From assembly GCA_948465565.1 (NCBI GenBank), contig CAOJXR010000008.1, forward strand, positions 778 to 64,777: DNA of 64,000 nucleotides. The letters run 5' to 3'. The position numbers and the translations under genes were made by a program. Every line of letters begins with the position of its first letter. Within the stretch, counting starts at the first letter, position 1. Positions 21,465 through 30,812 of this stretch are shown here, piece after piece. Origin of the DNA: an uncultured Clostridium sp. (GTDB lineage: Bacteria > Bacillota > Clostridia > TANB77 > CAG-508). The notes under the pieces are model-generated. The model made no database searches. It had not been told where the DNA came from and worked only from the letters and a program-made list of their open reading frames with translations.

Positions 21465-21671
21465 TTATTTATTTTTATTTTCTTCTAGTTCTCTTTCTTT
21501 GATTACTGTGTTTATTTTAGCGATGTCTCTTTTCACTTCTTTTATTTTCATTGGATTATCTAATCCGTTTGTTGCTAAACTAAATCTTAATTTGAATAAT
21601 TCTGTTTTTAATTCGCTTAATTCTGTTTTTAGTTCTGGTGAAGACATCTCTCTTATTTTACTTATCTTCAT
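21465..21671 (-). CDS. rpmC: 50S ribosomal protein L29
   Basis: [30 protein letters not shown]. The ATG at 21671 lies just after the rplP stop; upstream in-frame starts at 21680/21683 would overlap rplP. Confidence 0.9.
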   Translation of the reverse strand: MKISKIREMSSPELKTELSELKTELFKLRFSLATNGLDNPMKIKEVKRDIAKINTVIKERELEENKNK

Positions 21672-21672
21672 C

Positions 21673-22104
21673 TTATTCATCACCGCCTATTTCTTTTTCT
21701 CTAGCTAAGAATTTAGCTTTAACTGGTAACTTTTGAGCTGCTAGTCTTAAAGCTTCTCTTGCAGTCTCTTCTGGTACACCAGCTATTTCAAACATAACTC
21801 TTCCTGGTTTTACAGGTGCTACCCAATATTCTGGAGCTCCTTTACCTTTACCCATACGAGTTTCTGCTGGTTTCTTAGTGATTGGTTTGTTTGGGAATAT
21901 TTTAATCCAAACTTTTCCACCTCTTTTAATATAACGAGTTAAAGCAACACGGGCAGATTCAATTTGGTTTGCTGTGATTAATCCAGCTTCCAAAGTTTGT
22001 AATCCGTATTCTCCTTCGTTAACAACGTTTCCTCTTGTTGCCTTTCCTCTGTTTCTACCTTTTTGCATTTTTCTATATTTTGTTCTTTTTGGCATTACTG
22101 GCAT
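21673..22104 (-). CDS. rplP: 50S ribosomal protein L16
   Basis: [17 protein letters not shown]. The start at 22104 overlaps the rpsC stop (TAATG); an alternative ATG is at 22095. Confidence 0.95.
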   Translation of the reverse strand: MPVMPKRTKYRKMQKGRNRGKATRGNVVNEGEYGLQTLEAGLITANQIESARVALTRYIKRGGKVWIKIFPNKPITKKPAETRMGKGKGAPEYWVAPVKPGRVMFEIAGVPEETAREALRLAAQKLPVKAKFLAREKEIGGDE

Positions 22105-22769
22105 TATTCTTCTCCCCTTTCTGCTTTATCAGTTTTCTTTTCAGGAAGAACTTCACCTTTGTATATCCAAACTTTAACACCTATTTTTCCATAAGTTGTA
22201 TTTGCTTCATAGAATCCATAATCGATATCAGCTCTTAAAGTTTGTAGAGGAATTGTACCCTCTTTGTAAAATTCAGTTCTAGCCATATCAGCTCCACCAA
22301 GTCTTCCAGATACTGAAGTCTTGATTCCTAATGCTCCTGCTTTCATTGTTTTTTGCATTGCTTGTTTCATAGCACGTCTGAATGAAATTCTTCTTTCTAA
22401 TTGGTTACAAATATTTTCTGCAACTAATTGTGCATCTAAATCAATATTTTTAACTTCAACGATATTTAAGTTTACGTCTTTTCCTATCATTTTTTGAAGT
22501 TCTGCTTTTAATGTTTCTGCTAAGTTTCCACCTTTTCCTATTACTAGTCCTGGTTTAGCAGTATATACGTTTACTCTTACGAATTTAGCTGTTCTTTCAA
22601 TTTCAATTTTTGAAATTCCGCTAACAAATAATTTACTTTTAACATATTTACGGATTTTATAATCCTCTACTAGGTAATCACCAAAGTTTTTGTCGTCTGC
22701 ATACCATTTTGAGTTCCAGTCTTTAATAACACCTACTCTTAATCCATTAGGATGTACTTTTTGTCCCAT
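22104..22769 (-). CDS. rpsC: 30S ribosomal protein S3
   Basis: [24 protein letters not shown], with KH domain. Confidence 0.97.
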   Translation of the reverse strand: MGQKVHPNGLRVGVIKDWNSKWYADDKNFGDYLVEDYKIRKYVKSKLFVSGISKIEIERTAKFVRVNVYTAKPGLVIGKGGNLAETLKAELQKMIGKDVNLNIVEVKNIDLDAQLVAENICNQLERRISFRRAMKQAMQKTMKAGALGIKTSVSGRLGGADMARTEFYKEGTIPLQTLRADIDYGFYEANTTYGKIGVKVWIYKGEVLPEKKTDKAERGEE

Positions 22770-22789
22770 GTTTTAAGAATCCTCCTTTC

Positions 22790-23146
22790 TTATTTAGCTT
22801 CTCTTAAAACTATTGTAATATGACTTGTTCTTTTTCTTATTCTAACTGCAGAACCTTTTGCTGCAGGTCTTATTCTTTTTAATGTAGGACCTTGGTTTGC
22901 ATATATTTCTGCAACATATAGGTCTTCAGCTTTCATCAAGTGATTGTTTTCAGCGTTAGCTATTGCTGATTTTAGTAATTTTTCAAGTATTTCACTTGAT
23001 GCTTTTGGAGCAAATTTTACTATTGCTAATGCTTCGCTTACTTTTTTACCTCTAATTAAATCTGCTACTATCTTAACTTTTCTGCTTGAGATTCTAGCAT
23101 AATTTAATGAAGCTTTTGCTTCGTGAACTTGAGTCATTTCTTCCAT
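22790..23146 (-). CDS. rplV: 50S ribosomal protein L22
   Basis: [20 protein letters not shown] motif. The ATG at 23146 is 8 nt after AGGAGG; the ORF-track start at 23176 lacks an RBS. Confidence 0.93.
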   Translation of the reverse strand: MEEMTQVHEAKASLNYARISSRKVKIVADLIRGKKVSEALAIVKFAPKASSEILEKLLKSAIANAENNHLMKAEDLYVAEIYANQGPTLKRIRPAAKGSAVRIRKRTSHITIVLREAK

Positions 23147-23186
23147 CACGATTTCCTCCTTCTTTTTAGCTTTCATATCTCATATT

Positions 23187-23468
23187 TTATTTTTTAACTT
23201 TTGAAGTTTTGTCTCCTGCGTGTCCTTTAAAAGTTCTTGTAGGAGCGAATTCTCCTAATTTATGTCCTATCATTTCTTCTGAAACGTAAACTGGAACATG
23301 TTTTCTACCATCATGAACAGCTATTGTGTGTCCAACCATTTGTGGATATATTGTTGAAGCTCTTGACCATGTCTTTAAAACTTCTTTTTTACCACTTTCG
23401 TTCATAGCTTCAACTCTTTTCAATAACTCTGGAGCTATATATGGTACTTTTTTGCTTGATCTTGACAT
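23187..23468 (-). CDS. rpsS: 30S ribosomal protein S19
   Basis: [11 protein letters not shown]...[17 protein letters not shown]. Start at 23468. Confidence 0.95.
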   Translation of the reverse strand: MSRSSKKVPYIAPELLKRVEAMNESGKKEVLKTWSRASTIYPQMVGHTIAVHDGRKHVPVYVSEEMIGHKLGEFAPTRTFKGHAGDKTSKVKK

Positions 23469-23524
23469 ATCGCCATTATCTCCTTTCCTAAATTCCGAAT
23501 TCATTTAACCTTTATGCGGCTATA

Positions 23525-24352
23525 TTATTTTCTTCTCTTAACAATAAATTTGTCACTTGTTTTATTTTTCTTTCTAGTTTTGTATCCAAGTGCTGGTTTA
23601 CCCCAAGGAGTAAGTGGTCCTGCGTGACCTACTGGAGCTCTACCTTCACCACCACCATGAGGGTGATCTACTGGGTTCATAACAGATCCTCTAACTGATG
23701 GACGTATTCCCATGTGTCTAGTTCTTCCAGCTTTACCTAATTTAATGTTTTCATGATCAGAATTTCCAATAACTCCGATTGTAGCTCTACATCTAGCTAA
23801 AACTAATCTCATTTCTCCAGATGGAAGTCTTACGTGTGCATATTTTCCTTCTTTAGCCATTAATTGTGCTGATTGACCTGCACTTCTTACTAATTTTCCA
23901 CCTTGTCCTGGATTTAATTCGATATTGTGAATTAATGTACCTACTGGTATATTTTCGATTGGTAAGCAGTTTCCTGCTTTGATATCAGCATCTTTACCAG
24001 CTACTACTACATCACCGTCTTTTAATCCTTGTGGTGCTAATATATAAGCTTTTTCTCCATCTTTATATTCGATTAAAGCTATGTTAGCACTTCTGTTTGG
24101 ATCATATTCGATTCCGATTACTGTAGCTTCTACATTTTCTTTATTTCTCTTAAAATCTATTATTCTGTATTTTTGTCTGCTTCCACCACCTTGGTGTCTA
24201 ACTGTTATTCTACCATAAGAGTTTCTTCCTGCATTTTTTGCTTTTTTAGCAAGTAATGATTTTTCAGGAGTTTTTTTAGTGATTTCTTCAAATGTTGAAG
24301 AAGTCATATTTCTTCTTGATGGTGTGTATGCATTGTAATGTTTAATTCCCAT
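23525..24352 (-). CDS. rplB: 50S ribosomal protein L2
   Basis: 275 aa. [18 protein letters not shown] motif. Confidence 0.98.
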   Translation of the reverse strand: MGIKHYNAYTPSRRNMTSSTFEEITKKTPEKSLLAKKAKNAGRNSYGRITVRHQGGGSRQKYRIIDFKRNKENVEATVIGIEYDPNRSANIALIEYKDGEKAYILAPQGLKDGDVVVAGKDADIKAGNCLPIENIPVGTLIHNIELNPGQGGKLVRSAGQSAQLMAKEGKYAHVRLPSGEMRLVLARCRATIGVIGNSDHENIKLGKAGRTRHMGIRPSVRGSVMNPVDHPHGGGEGRAPVGHAGPLTPWGKPALGYKTRKKNKTSDKFIVKRRK

Positions 24353-24454
24353 TTTGAATTCCTCTTTCTAAAATTATTTTACGGATTTTTTCCTGCTCCG
24401 CTGCAGATATTATTTATTGTCCTGGTATTTTCCAGATATTATATTGGCTAAATT

Positions 24455-24811
24455 CTAAGCTCCCATAAATTCTTCGATTGAAGAATTGTATTTTTTAGTA
24501 CCTTTAGCTTCTTTTCCACCTTTTTTAGTATAAGTTACTGTTTGTGGATCTGTATCTATAAATACTATTGCTTTTTTCCAGCTAGCTGTTTTACCTTGGT
24601 GAACACCAACTCTTTTTTGTTTTCCATCAATGTTCATTGTATTTACTTTTAATACTTTAACATTGAATAATTTTTCAACAGCATCTGCTATTTGTGGTTT
24701 AGTTGCATTTTTTGCAACTTTGAAAGTGTATTTTCCTTCTTGCATTGCATCATTGCTTTTTTCAGTAATGATTGGTCTTATGATTATATCTTCTGCTACC
24801 ATCTTAAGCAT
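24455..24811 (-). CDS. rplW: 50S ribosomal protein L23 (with C-terminal extension)
   Basis: [11 protein letters not shown], then a Lys-rich tail. Start is either 24811 or 24802. Confidence 0.92.
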   Translation of the reverse strand: MLKMVAEDIIIRPIITEKSNDAMQEGKYTFKVAKNATKPQIADAVEKLFNVKVLKVNTMNIDGKQKRVGVHQGKTASWKKAIVFIDTDPQTVTYTKKGGKEAKGTKKYNSSIEEFMGA

Positions 24812-25427
24812 ACACCTCCTCTAATTTTTTAACAGTGTCAAGTGTAAGTACTAATTTATTGTATTTTAATAAATCATATACATTAATTGTGTTAACTAAT
24901 GTTGTTTTTACACCTTCTATATTTCTAGCTGATTTTTGTACAGCTTCATTTTTTTCAGGTAACATTACTAATGTTTTACCTTCAACTTTGTTATTTGCTA
25001 AAGCACTTACCATTTGTTTTGTTTTAATTTCTTTGAATGGTAATTCATCAATTACTACTAATTGATTTTCTAATACTTTTGAACTTAATAATGATTTTAT
25101 AGCTAATCTCTTTTCTTTTTTATTAACTCTGTATGTGTAAGAACGTGGCTTTGGACCTAAAGCAATACCACCTTTAATCCATTGTGGTGCTCTAATGCTT
25201 CCTTGTCTAGCTCTACCTGTTCCTTTTTGTCTCCAAGGTTTACGTCCACCACCGCTAACTTCTGATCTAGTTTTAGTGCTTTGTGTACCTTGTCTTTGGT
25301 TAGCTAAATAGTTAACTAATACGCTATGTACTACAGCTTCATTTGGTTCGATTCCAAATATTTCTTCTTTTAACTCTACTGTACTAACCTTTTTTCCTTC
25401 TACATTATATACATCTATTGTAGGCAT
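24804..25427 (-). CDS. rplD: 50S ribosomal protein L4
   Basis: 207 aa. [25 protein letters not shown]. Confidence 0.97.
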   Translation of the reverse strand: MPTIDVYNVEGKKVSTVELKEEIFGIEPNEAVVHSVLVNYLANQRQGTQSTKTRSEVSGGGRKPWRQKGTGRARQGSIRAPQWIKGGIALGPKPRSYTYRVNKKEKRLAIKSLLSSKVLENQLVVIDELPFKEIKTKQMVSALANNKVEGKTLVMLPEKNEAVQKSARNIEGVKTTLVNTINVYDLLKYNKLVLTLDTVKKLEEVYA

Positions 25428-25446
25428 TTACTGTTCCTCCTTTCTC

Positions 25447-26082
25447 TTACGCTAATGCCTTTGTGGCATCTTTTATTTTTAAGATAGCACCTTTGTTTCC
25501 TGGAACACTACCTTTTACTAATATACAGTTTTTATCTAAATCAACTCTAACAACTTTTAGGTTTTGGATTGTAACTGTTACATTTCCCATATGTCCTGGT
25601 AATTTCTTTCCTTTGAAAACTCTACCTGGAGTTGATGTAGATCCCATTGAACCTGGTCTTCTGTGATACATAGAACCATGTCCCATAGGTCCTCTTGATT
25701 GTCCATGTCTTTTTATAACACCTTGGAATCCTTTTCCTTTTGTTGTTCCTTGAATATCTACTACTTCACCTTCTGCAAAAATATCAGCTTTTATTTCTTC
25801 TCCAACTTTTACATTAGATACATCAGATAATCTGAATTCTCTTAAGTGTTTAACTGGAGTAACATTTACTTTTGCAAAATGTCCTTTTTCTGGTTTGTTT
25901 ACTTTGTGTTCTTTTACAGAACCAAATCCTAATTGTACGGCATCATATCCGTCTGTTTCAACAGTTTTAACTTGTACCACACTACATGGTCCAGCTTCGA
26001 TAACTGTTACAGGTATTACATTACCTTTTTCATCAAATATTTGTGTCATTCCGACTTTTCTACCGATGATTGCTTTTTTCAT
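25447..26082 (-). CDS. rplC: 50S ribosomal protein L3
   Basis: [33 protein letters not shown]. Confidence 0.97.
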   Translation of the reverse strand: MKKAIIGRKVGMTQIFDEKGNVIPVTVIEAGPCSVVQVKTVETDGYDAVQLGFGSVKEHKVNKPEKGHFAKVNVTPVKHLREFRLSDVSNVKVGEEIKADIFAEGEVVDIQGTTKGKGFQGVIKRHGQSRGPMGHGSMYHRRPGSMGSTSTPGRVFKGKKLPGHMGNVTVTIQNLKVVRVDLDKNCILVKGSVPGNKGAILKIKDATKALA

Positions 26083-26174
26083 CTCTTTCTTTCCTCCTAA
26101 CTATTGGCTTACATGATTTTTCATGTGAGCTTGGTTTGTTGTTGCAACCTTTACTTCTGTTGCGTAAATTTTAA

Positions 26175-26504
26175 TTATAATTTGATTTCGATATCAACAC
26201 CAGCTGGTAAATCTAATTTCATTAGGCTATCAACTGTTTTTTGTGTTGGATAAAGGATATCGATAACTCTTTTATGTGTTCTCATTTCAAATTGTTCTCT
26301 TGAATCTTTGTGTTTGTGTGGAGAACGTAAAATTGTTACTATTTCCTTTTCTGTTGGAAGTGGAATAGGACCTGAAACTTTTGCTCCTGTTCTTTTAGCA
26401 GTATCTACTATTCTTTCAGCAGACTGGTCTAAAACTACGAAGTCATAAGCTTTTAATCTAATTCTGATTTTTTCGCTTCCTACATTTTGGTTTGATGTTG
26501 CCAT
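26175..26504 (-). CDS. rpsJ: 30S ribosomal protein S10
   Basis: [10 protein letters not shown]...GPIPLPT...[19 protein letters not shown]. Confidence 0.96.
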   Translation of the reverse strand: MATSNQNVGSEKIRIRLKAYDFVVLDQSAERIVDTAKRTGAKVSGPIPLPTEKEIVTILRSPHKHKDSREQFEMRTHKRVIDILYPTQKTVDSLMKLDLPAGVDIEIKL

Positions 26505-26725
26505 TGTTTTCCCTCCTTATAAAATGTAACGGCAAGTTATAAACGCACCCTTGTGTTTCCTTTTGGAACATATATAAATCCAAGTTACTACTTGTTCTTT
26601 TGTATCTTGGATAAGTGTGCTTTTATCAAACTTATCGCCCGGTCTAAGCCAAGACATACTCTGCAGGAGTTCCCTCCACAATCTCTTGTGTAGCCACATC
26701 CTGCTTCATCGCATTTCTTTACGCA
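26505..26725 (-). promoter_or_regulatory. long, G+C-enriched 5' leader of the S10 operon (candidate r-protein-binding leader RNA)
   Basis: About 220 nt lie between a consensus promoter and the rpsJ start. The leader contains nested helices, e.g. CTTGG...GATAAGT-loop-ACTTATCCAAG and GGAGggaaCTCC. It has no convincing coding potential. Confidence 0.5.
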
Positions 26726-26731
26726 ATTGTT

Positions 26732-26760
26732 ATTATACTACGCTTGTTGCCTTGTGTCAA
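26732..26760 (-). promoter_or_regulatory. sigma-A type promoter of the S10 operon
   Basis: On the minus strand: TTGACA, a 17-nt spacer, then TATAAT. Both hexamers match consensus exactly. Confidence 0.75.
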
Positions 26761-26808
26761 TAAGTTTTTGCATATTTTTGCCTTGTTTTTCAAAAAATGG
26801 CACTATTT

Positions 26809-27675
26809 TTATATCCATTCAGAAATTATTGAATCTGGTATTTCTAAATCTCCTCTGCCGTTTCCCATATCTATTTTATTTTCTTCACTTATTCCGTGGT
26901 AATCGCTTCCTCCAGAAATAAGAATTTTTCTATTCTTGCATATCTTTAAAAGTTTCATTGTTTGTTCTTTTGTAAAGTTAGAATAATAACATTCAATTCC
27001 ATCTATTTCAAAGTTCTCCAAAATATAATTTAATATTTTATCCGAATTATGTTTATATTCAAATATGTGTGGTATAAATACTTTTCCGTTTGCTCTTCTT
27101 ATTAATTTAATTATACTTTCTATGTCAGGAAGAATATCATTCATATCTATAAAGAAAGGACTTTCTGGGTCTGACATATATTTTCTATATAATACTAAGC
27201 TATCTTCCCATGCATCATTATCAATGAATTTTCTATTATATTCATCTTTTGTTATTGCTTCATGTAGATATTGTGATGCGTATTTATCTGGTGAATAACT
27301 TTCTATAAAGTCAGATGGTATTTTAATATCAAATTTTAATAATTTTTTGTATAGTCTTTTTATTTCTAAATAATTTCTATCTTCTGGCGAAAGATATATC
27401 CCTTTTAAACTTTCTTGCATTATTTCTGGATTTATTTTGTATCCTAATATTTCAATAGGTATATCTAAAGCTTTAGAATTAAGTTCTATTCCAGTAATTA
27501 TTTTTCCACCATAATATTCTTTAATATTGATTTGTTTCAATTCTTGATAAGCAGTACATGTATTATGGTCTGTAATAGAAATACATGTTAGTTTTTTCTT
27601 TTTAGCCTTTTTCAATATTTCTACTACACTATCTTTTCCATCAGAATGTGTTGAGTGCATATGTAAATCTATCAC
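26809..27675 (-). CDS. PHP-domain metal-dependent phosphoesterase (TrpH/YciV-like)
   Basis: MIDLHMHSTHSDG...ISITDHNT N-terminal His motif, later IPHIFEY and GGSDYHG. 288 aa. Confidence 0.8.
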   Translation of the reverse strand: MIDLHMHSTHSDGKDSVVEILKKAKKKKLTCISITDHNTCTAYQELKQINIKEYYGGKIITGIELNSKALDIPIEILGYKINPEIMQESLKGIYLSPEDRNYLEIKRLYKKLLKFDIKIPSDFIESYSPDKYASQYLHEAITKDEYNRKFIDNDAWEDSLVLYRKYMSDPESPFFIDMNDILPDIESIIKLIRRANGKVFIPHIFEYKHNSDKILNYILENFEIDGIECYYSNFTKEQTMKLLKICKNRKILISGGSDYHGISEENKIDMGNGRGDLEIPDSIISEWI

Positions 27676-27689
27676 TTATTCTCTCCATT

Positions 27690-28280
27690 TTAATTTCTAT
27701 TTAATATTTTATTTAATTCAACTTCTGCTTTTTTTATAAAACAGTCATTAAACTCTAACGGTAATCCCTCTGCCTTTAAACATTCTTTTATTTTTTCAAT
27801 TGTATCAAATTCTGGGTTGTTTTCTTCTGTTTCTGATTCAATCATTTTGTCCCCATTTTTTACATCTTTTGTAGTAATATTTTTTCCATCTTTTTGGTAT
27901 CCACAATCTTCCTCTGTAATGTTCATTATCTTTTTATATCCTATTGTGCTCATGAAATTCTCTGCATCATCACAATCAAGAACTTTTAATCTTGTGCTTT
28001 TTTGTTCAACAATTTCTCCCTTTTCGTTAAATTTTTTCATTTTATATGACATATCTCTTCTTGTCTCGTTTTTTGCTATATCTTCAACTTTTCTAATAAT
28101 TATTGCTTTTGATATAATATCTCTTGTAGATAATTTCTCAATTTCTAAATTCTCTGGTACCATAAATGCATCATATAAAATATAATGATCTGTTTGTTTA
28201 TAACCTTTTTCTTCTAATGTTTTTTTGAACTCGTTAATATCTCCTTTAATTCTTAGAGTTACTTCATTACTTTTCTTCAT
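27690..28280 (-). CDS. CYTH-like (triphosphate tunnel metalloenzyme / class IV cyclase-like) protein, divergent
   Basis: 196 aa. An alternating beta-strand pattern (EVTLRIK, IIIRKV, MSYKMK, STRLKV, KMIESE) resembles the CYTH barrel. However, the N-terminal ExExK signature is degenerate (E-x-T-x-R). Assignment is by motif pattern only. Confidence 0.4.
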   Translation of the reverse strand: MKKSNEVTLRIKGDINEFKKTLEEKGYKQTDHYILYDAFMVPENLEIEKLSTRDIISKAIIIRKVEDIAKNETRRDMSYKMKKFNEKGEIVEQKSTRLKVLDCDDAENFMSTIGYKKIMNITEEDCGYQKDGKNITTKDVKNGDKMIESETEENNPEFDTIEKIKECLKAEGLPLEFNDCFIKKAEVELNKILNRN

Positions 28281-28291
28281 ATTTATACCTC

Positions 28292-29173
28292 CTATATTTC
28301 AATGCCATCATATCGTAAAGCTCTTGTATTGTCAAACTTTAATGCCATTCTCTGAAGTGCTGGAATATCTATAGGACTTTCTGAATAGTCCATTATTATT
28401 CCATTACTAAATACTACATCTTTTGGGTAATTTCCTGAATTTTCTAAAGCAATTCTTTTTCCACTCGTTGATTTTAATCCTTGTAATGATTTTGATGAAT
28501 AATACTTTAGTATTCCTTTTGCAAATTCCATAAACTCATCTTTACTCATTCTGTTCTCTCTAACCCATGTTGCTTGTACACTCTGTTCATTTTCACCAGG
28601 CATTAAACTTTTAAACCTTATTAAGTCAATATTGGGATGTGCCTGTAATAATTCTTCTAAATCTTGTGCACAAGTGCTACTTTCTAAATTTCTTGTCAAT
28701 CCTATGTCAAACTTTATTTTCTTTGCTTTTTGAAACTCACTACTTTGAGTATAATCTCTTGCATATCCTAGTACTTCCATATCTTTTTGTGGATCTATTG
28801 CTACTCTTAGCATATCAAATTCCACATCGTCAACTAGTTGATTAAATAAATCAAACTTATCTTTTTCCCAAAATATATTTCCAGATGTATGTACTCTTAA
28901 TGTGTCAAATAAATCTTCGTGAAGTTTGATTATAGACGCTAACTCTTTTAATGTTTCTATCCCATATAATGATGGTTCTCCATTTCCACTTAATACAATT
29001 CTTTCAAATCTAATACCATTAATTCTCATTACATCTAAGATTCTTGAAAGTTCTGCAAAATGCTCTGCTTCTGAATCATTAAATTTTCTATTATTTTTTG
29101 CTATACAAAATGGACATGCCTTATCACATTTATAACTTGGTAAAACTATAGTTAAATTTCCTAGTCTATACAT
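28292..29173 (-). CDS. radical SAM enzyme (possibly viperin-like)
   Basis: C16-x3-C20-x2-C23 (YKCDKACPFCIAK) and a SAM-binding GGE-type motif, LSGNGEPSL. No SPASM or extra Cys cluster. 293 aa. C-terminal LIRFKSLMPGENE is reminiscent of viperin RWK...GEN. Confidence 0.85.
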   Translation of the reverse strand: MYRLGNLTIVLPSYKCDKACPFCIAKNNRKFNDSEAEHFAELSRILDVMRINGIRFERIVLSGNGEPSLYGIETLKELASIIKLHEDLFDTLRVHTSGNIFWEKDKFDLFNQLVDDVEFDMLRVAIDPQKDMEVLGYARDYTQSSEFQKAKKIKFDIGLTRNLESSTCAQDLEELLQAHPNIDLIRFKSLMPGENEQSVQATWVRENRMSKDEFMEFAKGILKYYSSKSLQGLKSTSGKRIALENSGNYPKDVVFSNGIIMDYSESPIDIPALQRMALKFDNTRALRYDGIEI

Positions 29174-29186
29174 TTTCTACTCCTTA

Positions 29187-29893
29187 TTATTTACTAACTT
29201 CTTCTTTTCCTTTTTTTCTATCTTGTTCTGTAATCGTATATTGCAAGATGTGTTGTTTTACAAGTTCTGTGGTCTCTTCTGTACTTCTTTCTGTTGTATC
29301 TATTATTTTAGTAAAAGGATGTGTTTTCCAAAATCCTGCTGCTGATTCTTTTTCATCTCTTAATCTTAATCTTTCTCGTGCTTCCGCTATTGAAGTTGCT
29401 TCCAATTCAGATTTTCTCTCTGCTCTTTTAAAAAAGGTTGCTTTCAAAAATATATGATTTGATATGTCATTACATACTGAAAATGGTCTTCTAGCATTAA
29501 GTAATACTGGGCTTTCTTGTCTTAATTATTTAACGAATCGCCAAAGCATCCACCTACATCAACAGTTAATTTGTTCATTTCTGGAGTATATAATTCGTCT
29601 TCTTTAAAAAAGTGATTCCTAATTGATATTTCGCAAACGCCATTTCTTTTTCTGTATCCTAAATTTAATTGTTGCATAAGTTCATCTATTTTCGACTGCT
29701 ACACAATTTGTTGTAAATCATTTATTGTCATTCTCCCACTTTTAATCAAGCAAAATGTTATCGGTCTAAAAAATGCTCCAAAATCAAAATAAGTTAGATT
29801 TGGAATTTCCTCTCGTAATTTCTCTGATACTGATGACTTTCCCGCTCCTGGCATTCCACTTATTGCTATTATTGAAAACTTTTTTTCTTTCAT
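29187..29893 (-). pseudogene. cytidylate kinase (Cmk)-like P-loop kinase, disrupted by an in-frame TAG and a frameshift
   Basis: N-terminal part has IAISGMPGAGKSS, then a TAG at 29699-29701. The same frame continues (QSKIDELMQQ...VDVGGCFGDSLNN) to a stop near 29525. The remainder (LRQESPVLLNARRPFSV...HIFLKATFFKRAERK...IIDTTERSTEETTELV) is in the -1 frame. Confidence 0.8.
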
Positions 29894-29922
29894 TTTTGTT
29901 CTCCATTTATTTTCTTTAACAC

Positions 29923-29971
29923 AAAAAAAGGCATAAAAGACTAACTAAAATTGTTAATCTTTTGTGCCTTT
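29923..29971 (-). terminator. rho-independent terminator after the alarmone synthetase gene
   Basis: 19-bp stem AAAGGCATAAAAGACTAAC/GTTAATCTTTTGTGCCTTT (one wobble, one mismatch), followed on the minus strand by T7. Confidence 0.75.
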
Positions 29972-30027
29972 TCATTTTGCTTTATATTATTCCTTTTTTA
30001 TATTTTTGTCAATTGTTTTTCAATATT

Positions 30028-30690
30028 TTATACATTGCATTTTATATCTAACATTTTATCATCTAATTTAGAAATTATATTTGCACATTTTATTAATTCT
30101 TTAGACGCTTTTTTACTTGTATCTTTTTTATATTTTAATTTATGTTCTAAACTTGCCCAAAAGTCCATTGCAACAGTTCTTATTTGCACTTCTACTTTTA
30201 CATAGATTGTTTGTTCTGAAAAGGCAACTGGAACATTTATAATCAAATGATAACTTGAATATCCACTTTGTTTAGGCTTTGTTATATAATCTTTTCTTTC
30301 TAGAATCTCAATATCTTGAAAACCTTCTAATATATCAACAAGTTTAAATACGTCATCTTTAAAAGAACATACTATTCGTATTCCTGCAATATCTTTTATT
30401 TCTTCAATTAGATTTTCGTATGTAAGTTCTAAATTCTTTTTGTTCATTTTCTCTATAATGCTTTCTGGTGATTTTATCCTTTCCGTTATATGGTCTATTG
30501 GGTTGTAATCATAAAAAGCTTTAAATTCTTCATTTAATACATCTAGCTTTGTTCTTAAAGTTTTCATTGCTGATGTATATATAATCATTAACTTTTCAAA
30601 AGCATTATCTTTTCTATCTATTTTTCCTCCTACTTCAAGCATATTATTTACTTGAATGAGTTCTACTTCCTTTTTATCTTTTTTAATCAT
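30028..30690 (-). CDS. small alarmone synthetase (RelQ/RelP-type GTP pyrophosphokinase)
   Basis: 220 aa. RelA/SpoT synthetase motifs IAGIRIVCSF, SGYSSYHLII and VEVQIRTVAMDFWASLEHKLKYK. No hydrolase domain. Confidence 0.88.
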   Translation of the reverse strand: MIKKDKKEVELIQVNNMLEVGGKIDRKDNAFEKLMIIYTSAMKTLRTKLDVLNEEFKAFYDYNPIDHITERIKSPESIIEKMNKKNLELTYENLIEEIKDIAGIRIVCSFKDDVFKLVDILEGFQDIEILERKDYITKPKQSGYSSYHLIINVPVAFSEQTIYVKVEVQIRTVAMDFWASLEHKLKYKKDTSKKASKELIKCANIISKLDDKMLDIKCNV

Positions 30691-30812
30691 ATATTCTTTC
30701 CTTTCTTTGCCCTAATATTTTATAGCCTCCCCTCCTTTTATTTTGCTATATGTTTTTTGTTGTACTTATTTTATTTCTTTATTATTAAATTAACATTAAA
30801 TTTTATAATTTT

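Noticed and set aside
26517-26699. 60-aa ORF upstream of rpsJ
   Set aside because: It lies entirely within the transcribed leader, between the consensus promoter and rpsJ. It has no RBS, and its composition reflects RNA helices. I treat it as part of the leader RNA.
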